A DNA stretch of 23,448 nt. Origin: Gemmatimonadota bacterium (GTDB taxonomy: Bacteria > Gemmatimonadota > Gemmatimonadetes > Longimicrobiales > RSA9). Positions 16,869 to 23,448 of the stretch are shown in pieces. The position numbers were made by a program, and so were the translations under genes. Under the pieces are notes generated by a model. That model ran no database searches, was not told where the DNA came from, and saw only the letters and a program-made list of their open reading frames with translations. Within the stretch, counting starts at the first letter, position 1. Every line of letters begins with the position of its first letter. Location: positions 1 to 23,448 of the forward strand of contig JBBDRO010000077.1 of NCBI GenBank assembly GCA_040905425.1. The letters are read 5' to 3'.

Positions 16869-17795
16869 CTACGTGTCCGCGCCCGCGGCCCGCGCCAGCG
16901 CCGCCGCGCCCCGGGCGGCGTCCCGCTGCGCCGCGTTGAGCGTCCGGCGCACCGCCCCCGCCCCACCGCGCGCCAACGCCGCGTCGAAGGCCGCCGTGAG
17001 GGACGGCGCGCCCGTGAAGAGGCCGCCCACGGCGGCCACCGGCGGCGGCTCCGGCCACGGTCCCAGCCCGCGCACCAGCGCCGCCACCAGCTCGGCCAGG
17101 TCGTCCGCCGCCGTGCGCACCAGGGTGGCGGCCACGCCGTCTCCGGCCGCCGCGGCGGCGAGCACCGCGGGCGCCAGCCCCGCCACGGTGGCCTTGCCGG
17201 CACCCGCCACCCAGGCGGGCAGCGCCTCGGGCGCCGCCCCCGCGGCTGTATCCCGCACCGCCGCGCTCAACCGGGTGGGGCGGCCACGCCCGTCATGGGC
17301 GCGCAGCACGGCCCGCACGGCTGCCCGGCCCAGCCACCAGCCGCTGCCCTCGTCCCCCACCACCGCCCCCCAGCCACCCGCGCGGGCCGTGCGCCCGTCC
17401 GCGGCCCGGCCCCAGGCGCTGGAGCCCGTGCCGGCCACCACCAGGATGCCCGCGTCGCGCGCGCCGAAGGCGGCCTGAAAGGCGGCCTCCAGATCGGTGA
17501 CCAGCAGCACACGGTCGGCCACGCCCCCGCGCGCGAGCACCTGCGTGGCCGCCGCCCGCACCACGGGCGCGCCCGCGCCCGCCGCCGCGCAGCACAGGAC
17601 GTCCGCCGTGCTGGCGCCGCCCGCCTCCAGCAAGACGTCGCGCGCCAGCGCCACCATGCGCTCGCCCCCCGCCTCCACGGCCCCCGGGTCCAGCAGGCCC
17701 GGACCGCCCGCGGCGCGGGCCAGCACCCGGCCGTGGCCATCCTCCACCACGGCGCGGCTACGCGTACCGCCGCCGTCGATGCCCACCACGATCAT
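16869..17795 (-). CDS. BadF/BadG/BcrA/BcrD-family sugar kinase (N-acetylglucosamine/N-acetylmuramate kinase-like)
   Basis: GIDGGGTRS; VVAGTGS; RAGGWGAVVGDEGSGWWLG. Starts 4 nt after the symporter stop. Confidence 0.85.
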   Translation of the reverse strand: MIVVGIDGGGTRSRAVVEDGHGRVLARAAGGPGLLDPGAVEAGGERMVALARDVLLEAGGASTADVLCCAAAGAGAPVVRAAATQVLARGGVADRVLLVTDLEAAFQAAFGARDAGILVVAGTGSSAWGRAADGRTARAGGWGAVVGDEGSGWWLGRAAVRAVLRAHDGRGRPTRLSAAVRDTAAGAAPEALPAWVAGAGKATVAGLAPAVLAAAAAGDGVAATLVRTAADDLAELVAALVRGLGPWPEPPPVAAVGGLFTGAPSLTAAFDAALARGGAGAVRRTLNAAQRDAARGAAALARAAGADT

Positions 17796-17799
17796 GGCG

Positions 17800-19260
17800 T
17801 CAGGAGCCCGGCACGGGCCCGCCGCGCAGCCGCGCGCTCGCGCTCCCCACCAGCACGGTGAGCGCCGAGCCTACCAGCGAGAACCACAGCGGGTCGATGA
17901 GCTTCTCCATGAGGCCGAACTGCTGCGCCGCCCACAGCGCCGTCATGGCCACGATGGCCACCGCCATGCCGCGCACGGCGTCCGTGCCGTCCGCCCGGCG
18001 GCTGAGCAGCGCCAGGAAGAAGCCGCCCAGGAGGCCGCCATAGGTGAAGGAGGCAATCTGCAGCGCCACCACCACCACCGGCGTGCCCTGCTGCACGAAC
18101 TGGAAGAGCAGCGCCCCGCCCACCAGCACCACCGCCCAGAGCAGCGTGAAGCGTTTGCCCACCACCACCAGCCGCGCCGCGTCCGCCTCGCGCCGGAAGG
18201 GCGCATACAGATCGTAGGTGGTGGCCGATGCAAGCGAATTGAGCGACGAGCCCACCGTGGACATGGCCGCCGCCAGGATGCCCGCGATGACCAGCCCCGT
18301 TACGCCGACCGGCAGCGCCTCCACGATGAAGGTGGGAAACACCTCGTCGGGCGTGGCGAAGGTGCGGCCGGCGTAGTGCACAAAGAGCCCCGCGCCCACC
18401 GCCAGGAAGAGCGCGAACTGCAGGAACACGCCCACCCCAGAGAGCACCAGCGCCTTGCGAGCGCCGGAGAGGTTCGGCGCCGCCAGCAGGCGCTGCACGA
18501 TGAGGTGGTCCGCGCCGTGGGAGGCCATGGACAGGAACGCCCCCCCGAGCAGCCCCGTGAGCACCCACTGCGTGGAGGCAAAGCCCTCCCCGGCGTGGAT
18601 GATGGTCAGCTTGCCCGCCGCGTCCGCGCCGGCCAGCATGGCGCTCCAGCCGCCGTCCACCAGCCCGTTCAGCGTGACCAGCGCCGCCACGCCGGCAAAG
18701 ACGTACAGGAAGAGCTGCACCACGTCCACCCAGACCACCGCCCGTAGGCCGCCCCAGTACGTGTAGCCCAGCGTGAGCACGCCCGTGAGCAGGATGGACT
18801 CCGTGTAGGGCAGCCCCGTGATGAGTTTGATGGGGATGGCCGTGGCAAAGAGGCGCACGGCGTCGGCAAAGGCGCGCGTCACCATGAAGATCACGGACGC
18901 GAAGCGCCGCGTGCCGCCGCCGAAGCGGCGCTCCAGGAGCGCGTAGGCCGTCTCCAGCTCGCCGTCGAAGTAGCGCGGCAGCAGCCAGGCCGCTACCGCC
19001 ACGCGCCCCAGCATGTAGCCGCCCGCCAGCTGCAGCATCCAGAAGTCGCCGGTGAAGGCGGCGGCGGGCACGCTGATGACCGTGAGGGCGCTGGTCTCGG
19101 TGGCCACCACCGAAAAGCAGATGGCCCACCACGGCATGCTGCGGTCGGCCAGGAAGTAGTCGCGCGCGTCCTTCTGGCGCTGGCCGAGCCATACGCCGAA
19201 GGCGGTGACGCCCGCCAGGTAGGCCACCAGGACCGCGATGTCGAGAAAGGTGAAGGACAT
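17800..19260 (-). CDS. Sodium:solute symporter family protein (probable amino-sugar transporter)
   Basis: DYFLADRSMPWWA; SVVATETSALT; GGLRAVVWVDVVQ; QRLLAA; AAAMSTVGSSLNSLA; many hydrophobic helices. Start ATG 19260. Substrate inferred from neighbouring genes. Confidence 0.88.
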   Translation of the reverse strand: MSFTFLDIAVLVAYLAGVTAFGVWLGQRQKDARDYFLADRSMPWWAICFSVVATETSALTVISVPAAAFTGDFWMLQLAGGYMLGRVAVAAWLLPRYFDGELETAYALLERRFGGGTRRFASVIFMVTRAFADAVRLFATAIPIKLITGLPYTESILLTGVLTLGYTYWGGLRAVVWVDVVQLFLYVFAGVAALVTLNGLVDGGWSAMLAGADAAGKLTIIHAGEGFASTQWVLTGLLGGAFLSMASHGADHLIVQRLLAAPNLSGARKALVLSGVGVFLQFALFLAVGAGLFVHYAGRTFATPDEVFPTFIVEALPVGVTGLVIAGILAAAMSTVGSSLNSLASATTYDLYAPFRREADAARLVVVGKRFTLLWAVVLVGGALLFQFVQQGTPVVVVALQIASFTYGGLLGGFFLALLSRRADGTDAVRGMAVAIVAMTALWAAQQFGLMEKLIDPLWFSLVGSALTVLVGSASARLRGGPVPGS

Positions 19261-19400
19261 GGGGGCCAAGTATGCCCCGCCCCTACCGTCCGGCGAAAGG
19301 GCTGCTCCCGCAGCCGCGTATCTGGACTGCGCTATAGAGGAGGGTGATGAAGGGATCGTCTTACACCGAGCCTGACCACGAACGCAGGCAGTAATAGCTA

Positions 19401-19447
19401 TTGACAATGATCGTAGTCAGCCATAGGTATGACTACGCGTGCTGTCA
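19401..19447 (+). promoter_or_regulatory. hipBA promoter with two palindromic HipB operators (TGAC-N10-GTCA)
   Basis: TTGACA at 19401-19406, possible -10 TAGGTA at 19424. Operators at 19402-19419 and 19430-19447, 10 bp apart. Confidence 0.7.
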
Positions 19448-19462
19448 TTCACAGGAGGGTTG

Positions 19463-19816
19463 ATGTTGCTCCGGCGACCTCACGACCTGGCCGGCCTCTT
19501 TCGCGACGGCCGCGCCCGCTTGGGTTGGTCTCAGAATCAGCTGGCAGAAACCGTCGGCGTTTCCCGCCAGTGGATCTCGCTGGTGGAGAACGGTAAAACC
19601 AGCGTCGAGTTCGACCTCGTGCTAGCTGCTCTGCAGGCCCTCGGGTACTACCTTCACGTGGACACGTCCGACCTGCCCGCGCGCAACGTGGGCGTAGTCA
19701 TCGATTTCCCGAGCGGGTCCGTCCACGAATCGTCCGGGCGCACGCCGCTGACCCGCCATGGAGACCCCCTCGGCAGACAACGAGCCAGGCGCGCGCGGAG
19801 GGATCGTGATGAATGA
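19463..19816 (+). CDS. hipB: XRE/HTH antitoxin, HipB-like
   Basis: AGGAGG RBS; HTH RARLGWSQNQLAETVGVSRQWISLVENGK; overlaps the hipA start by 8 nt. Confidence 0.85.
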   Translation: MLLRRPHDLAGLFRDGRARLGWSQNQLAETVGVSRQWISLVENGKTSVEFDLVLAALQALGYYLHVDTSDLPARNVGVVIDFPSGSVHESSGRTPLTRHGDPLGRQRARRARRDRDE

Positions 19817-21095
19817 GCTGCGGGTCCTCGCGGATGGTGAGCTCCTCGGAGCGGTCGCACAGCGGCCCAACGGAGACCTCGTTCTCACCTACGATCGGTC
19901 CTGGCGGGAACGGGGCGATTCCTTCCCGCTCTCGCTCTCCATGCCTCTTTCCCAGCGCGAACATGGGGACCGAGCCGTACGCCCGTTTATGGAGAACCTC
20001 CTCCCTGACAGCGCTCCGATCCTGGAACGGTGGGCAAGGCAGTTTCACGTTTCGGCGCGGAATCCATTCTCTCTGCTGGCCCACATGGGTGAGGACTGCG
20101 CCGGCGCGGTGCAGTTCGTTCGCCCCGAGCGCTATGAAGAGGTGGTCCACGGGGGTCAGGGAGACGTCCAATGGCTGACGGAGGAAGACATTGCCGTGCG
20201 CCTTCGAGAGCTGGTCGGACAGCACGGGACCGGGCGGCTACCGGCGGATCGCGGCCAGTTCAGTCTGGCCGGCGCACAGCCGAAGATGCCTCTCGTCTCC
20301 GATGGTGAGCGGTGGGGGATTCCTGCCGGACGCATGCCGACCACGCACATCCTGAAGCCGCCCGCCCAGCGGGGTCTCGATGGCTTCGACGTCAACGAAC
20401 ACCTCTGCCTGAGACTGGCCAGGGAACTCGGCCTCGCGGTCGTGGAATCGCATGTGCAGAGCTTCGCGGGGGAGCACGCACTCGTGGTGGCCCGTTACGA
20501 TCGGCTGCGCATCGACGAAGGCCGGGTCATGCGATTGCACCAGGAGGACAGCTGCCAGGCGCTCGGGGTTTCGCCACTGCGAAAGTACGAGAGCGAGGGA
20601 GGACCCGGCCCCGCGGAGATCGTGAAGCTGCTCCTCCGCGAGTCCGATGCTGCAGAGATCGACGTGGCGGCTTTCCTGGACGCGCTCGCACTGAACTGGG
20701 TGATCGGCGGCACCGACGCGCATGCGAAGAACTATTCCCTGCTGTTGTCCGCCGGATCTGTCCGCCTCGCGCCGCTGTATGACCTGATCAGTGTCCTGCC
20801 GTATCCACATCGGTTCCCCTACCGGGAGGCGGCGCTCGCCATGCGAATCGACCGCGAGTACCGCGTGTGGAAGATCCGCAGGAGGCACTGGGAAGGCCTC
20901 GCCGCCCGGTGTGATCTCGATCCCGGTCCAGTGATCGAGCGCGTGGGCCAGCTCGTAGCAGCCGTGCCGGCCGCGCTCGAGCGCGCGGCAGCGGCAATCC
21001 GCGCCGAGGGCGTGCACCATGGCATCGTGGAACAGCTGGAGGTCGGTGTACGGGAGCACAGCCAGCGCTGCCAGGAGGTTCTGGGTATGGCATGA
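19809..21095 (+). CDS. hipA: HipA-family Ser/Thr kinase toxin
   Basis: HipA N-domain (PLSLSMP, FMENLLPD, GEDCAGAVQF); P-loop FSLAGAQPK; THILKP; RLHQEDSCQALG; GTDAHAKNYS; LAPLYD. Start ATG 19809. Confidence 0.93.
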   Translation: MNELRVLADGELLGAVAQRPNGDLVLTYDRSWRERGDSFPLSLSMPLSQREHGDRAVRPFMENLLPDSAPILERWARQFHVSARNPFSLLAHMGEDCAGAVQFVRPERYEEVVHGGQGDVQWLTEEDIAVRLRELVGQHGTGRLPADRGQFSLAGAQPKMPLVSDGERWGIPAGRMPTTHILKPPAQRGLDGFDVNEHLCLRLARELGLAVVESHVQSFAGEHALVVARYDRLRIDEGRVMRLHQEDSCQALGVSPLRKYESEGGPGPAEIVKLLLRESDAAEIDVAAFLDALALNWVIGGTDAHAKNYSLLLSAGSVRLAPLYDLISVLPYPHRFPYREAALAMRIDREYRVWKIRRRHWEGLAARCDLDPGPVIERVGQLVAAVPAALERAAAAIRAEGVHHGIVEQLEVGVREHSQRCQEVLGMA

Positions 21096-21191
21096 CAACG
21101 CGGCGCGCGTCGAGGTTGCGCAGGCGTGGGACCTACAACCGTCCGTAGCGGCACGGGGCCGGCGGGAGATCTCTCCGCGAAGGCGGCCAGC

Positions 21192-23060
21192 TCAGCCGCT
21201 CGCCCCGTTGCGCCGCACCACGAAGGCCTCCATGGCGTGGAACTCCGGCAGCCCCAGGCGGTCCACCGCGCGGGCGGTATCCGTGTTGCGCGCCTCCACG
21301 CGCTGCCAGAACTCGCGCGCGTCGTAAGCTCCGGGGAAGGGCGCGGTGTCCTTCTGCGACTGGTGCTTGAAGATGGCGTGGATCTTCCGCGTCAGGTCGG
21401 TGCGCGTGAGCGGCACCAGCACGTCCGCCTCGTGCACGGGCCACTCCTGCCAGGCGCCCCGGTAGAGCCAGACCTCGGGCGCGGGGCCGTCCCAGCTGTC
21501 CAGCGCCCGTTGGATGGCCTCCTTGCACTGGCGGTGCGTGCCGTGCGGGTCCGAAAGATCCCCCGCCACGTAGATGACCTCGGGTTCGAGCTCGTCGAAG
21601 AGCGCCCGGATGATGTCCACATCGGCCTCGGTCACGGGGTCCTTGCGCACCTTGCCCGTCTGGTAGAAGGGCAGGTTAAGGAAGCGGCAGGCGCTCCTGG
21701 GAATGCCCAGCGCCTCCACGCCGCTCACGGCCTCCGCCTCGCGGATCTCCCGCTTCAGCTCCTGCGCCGGCCGCGTGTCCACCTGCCCGGGGTACTTGGC
21801 CGCGAAGCCCTCCTCCACCTCACGCGTGAAGGCGTTGACACGCTCCACGTCCAGCCCGGCGTCCGCCCCCAGGTCGCGCGCCATGCGCCGCGCGAAGTCC
21901 AGGTAGCGGCGCACCTCGTGATCGAAGACGGCAATGTTGCCGGAGGTCATGTAGGCCACGGTCACGGCGTTGCCGTTCTCGTGCAGCTTGCGGAGCGTAC
22001 CCCCCATGGAGATGACGTCGTCGTCCGGGTGCGGACTGAAGACAATGACGTTCTGCTCGCCGGGCAGCTCGGCGTTGCCGCGCACCTTGGCCGTGATGCG
22101 GTGGAAGATGGTGTGGTTCAGATCATCCACCGTGGCATGGCGCGCCAGCAGCGAACTCAGATGGTTCTCCAGGTAGGCCGCGGCGTCCAGCTTCAGGATG
22201 GGGCAGCCGGTGCGCTCGGAGAGCCAGAGCACGGCGCGCTCGGTGAGGGCGGGCGTCCACTTCACCTCGCGCACCAGCCACGGCGTCTTCACGCGCGTCA
22301 GCTCGGCGGCGGCCGAGTCATCCAGGTAGAAGGTGACGTCCGTGTGCTCCTGCAGGAAGGTGGCGGCCACGTCGTGGGAGACGTCCCCCTCCACGGCGCG
22401 CCGCACGATCATGGCCTTGTGCTCCCCCGTGGCCATGAGCGCCACCTCGCGCGCCTCCAGGATGGTGCCCACGCCCATGGTGATGGCCTCGCGGGGGACG
22501 TTCTCCTCGCCGAAGAAGTCGGCGGCGGCGTCCTTGCGCGTGATGGTGTCCAGGTGCACCAGGCGGGTGCGGGACTTCCGCCCTGAACCCGGCTCGTTGA
22601 AGCCGATGTGCCCCGTCTTGCCGATGCCCAGGATCTGGAAGTCGATCCCCCCCGCCGCCGCGATGGCGGCCTCGTAGTCCCGGGTGTGGCGCTCCACGTC
22701 CTCACGGCGCACATCCCCCCGCGGGATGTGGATCTGCTCCTCCGGGACGTCGATGTGATCGAAGAGGTTCTCACGCATGAAGCGGTGGTAGCTGTGCAGG
22801 CTGTCCGGCGCCATGGGCCAGTACTCGTCCAGATTGAACGTCACCACGTTGCTGAAGGAGAGCTCCTCCTCCTGGTGCATGCGGATCAGTTCACGGTAGA
22901 TCCCCACCGGCGTGGAGCCGGTGGCCAGGCCCAGGACGGCCTGCTCCCCGGAGGCGCGGCGGGTGCGGATGAGGTTGGCAATGTGCTCCGCCACCAGGGT
23001 GGCAATGTCCGCGTAGTCCTCCACGATGACCACGGGAACCTTCTCGTGCGGATGCGGCAT
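21192..23060 (-). CDS. nagB: Glucosamine-6-phosphate deaminase fused to a C-terminal PIG-L/LmbE deacetylase-like domain
   Basis: VLGLATGSTP; TFNLDEY; LGIGKTGHIGFNEPGS; AITMGVGTI; then SPHPDDDVISMGG, DPHGTH, IFKHQSQ. Confidence 0.93.
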   Translation of the reverse strand: MPHPHEKVPVVIVEDYADIATLVAEHIANLIRTRRASGEQAVLGLATGSTPVGIYRELIRMHQEEELSFSNVVTFNLDEYWPMAPDSLHSYHRFMRENLFDHIDVPEEQIHIPRGDVRREDVERHTRDYEAAIAAAGGIDFQILGIGKTGHIGFNEPGSGRKSRTRLVHLDTITRKDAAADFFGEENVPREAITMGVGTILEAREVALMATGEHKAMIVRRAVEGDVSHDVAATFLQEHTDVTFYLDDSAAAELTRVKTPWLVREVKWTPALTERAVLWLSERTGCPILKLDAAAYLENHLSSLLARHATVDDLNHTIFHRITAKVRGNAELPGEQNVIVFSPHPDDDVISMGGTLRKLHENGNAVTVAYMTSGNIAVFDHEVRRYLDFARRMARDLGADAGLDVERVNAFTREVEEGFAAKYPGQVDTRPAQELKREIREAEAVSGVEALGIPRSACRFLNLPFYQTGKVRKDPVTEADVDIIRALFDELEPEVIYVAGDLSDPHGTHRQCKEAIQRALDSWDGPAPEVWLYRGAWQEWPVHEADVLVPLTRTDLTRKIHAIFKHQSQKDTAPFPGAYDAREFWQRVEARNTDTARAVDRLGLPEFHAMEAFVVRRNGASG

Positions 23061-23105
23061 GGACTCACTTTCCCGGACGTCTGTGAAACGGGCGCCAGGC
23101 GGGAG

Positions 23106-23448
23106 CTACCGCACCCGCGCGGCGTCCGGCCGGCGCAGCACCGGCAGGTCGGTGATGGCCCGCTGCAAAGCATCGGCCAGCTCGCGTCGCAGCGGGATGT
23201 GGCGCTGGTTGGCGCGCGTGGGGTTCACGCGGTTGGTGAGGATGACCAGGAAGAGGTCCCGCTCCGGATCCATCCACAGGCTCGTGCCGGTGAAGCCGGT
23301 GTGGCCGAAGCTCCGCTCGCTGAAGTAGTCCCCGGCCGAGGAGCGCCCCCCGGGCGTGTCCCAGCCGAGCGCGCGGCTGGAGGTGGTGTCCGCGCGCGTG
23401 GTGAAGTGGCGCACCGTCTCCGCCCCTATCAAGCGACGTCCCCCGTAC
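23106..23448 (-). CDS. Serine hydrolase (beta-lactamase/AmpC-like family), C-terminal part only
   Basis: RALGWD...FGHTGFTGTSLWMDPERDLFLVILTNRVNP. The frame stays open to the right edge (YGGRRLIG...). Confidence 0.82.
   Translation of the reverse strand, partial: YGGRRLIGAETVRHFTTRADTTSSRALGWDTPGGRSSAGDYFSERSFGHTGFTGTSLWMDPERDLFLVILTNRVNPTRANQRHIPLRRELADALQRAITDLPVLRRPDAARVR

Noticed and set aside
15499..21095. HipA targeting the nearby TyrS (HipA-family kinases phosphorylate aminoacyl-tRNA synthetases such as GltX)
   Set aside because: Proximity is the only evidence: two unrelated genes intervene, and known HipA targets are not typically encoded nearby.
19285..21145. 8-bp direct repeat ACCGTCCG flanking hipBA (19285-19292 and 21138-21145) as a target-site duplication
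   Set aside because: An 8-mer match between two ~100-200-bp GC-rich spacers is expected by chance. There are no terminal inverted repeats or recombinase.
3779..22586. Long antisense or alternate-frame ORFs (e.g. 3779-5578, 5391-7589, 10146-11873, 11907-13364, 15799-17478, 17792-19192, 21126-22586)
   Set aside because: They are shadows of well-supported genes in high-GC DNA: Arg/Ala/Pro/Gly-rich, with no recognisable motifs.
1..23448. CRISPR arrays, tRNA/rRNA genes, IS elements or phage genes
   Set aside because: No regularly spaced repeats, cloverleaf or rRNA signatures, or transposase/integrase motifs were seen. Intergenic spaces are short and largely explained.

Overview
Very GC-rich bacterial chromosomal window. 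The SusC/SusD-type pair, the NagB-PIG-L fusion and the gene styles suggest Gemmatimonadota, but that is inference. Left to right: (1) a partial YbdK-type carboxylate-amine ligase (minus strand, absent from the ORF track); (2) a divergent, fully translationally coupled four-gene operon of two non-canonical Ddl-like ATP-grasp ligases, a GNAT and a KamA-type lysine 2,3-aminomutase, preceded by a ~135-nt leader containing an intrinsic terminator; (3) a lipoprotein fusing a c-type heme site, a PHM/DBH-like copper monooxygenase domain and TPRs; (4) a minus-strand block of lipoprotein, cupin, folK and an HExxH lipoprotein; (5) a susC/susD pair with promoter, operator-like repeat and terminator; (6) tyrS; (7) an amino-sugar/peptidoglycan-recycling cluster (serine hydrolase, nagB-PIG-L, Na+/solute symporter, BadF-type kinase) interrupted by an oppositely oriented hipBA module with two 18-bp operators. 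The best candidate for an undescribed system is the attenuator-controlled ATP-grasp x2 / GNAT / KamA operon, which probably makes a beta-lysine-containing peptide or modification. No rRNA, tRNA, CRISPR or transposase was recognised.
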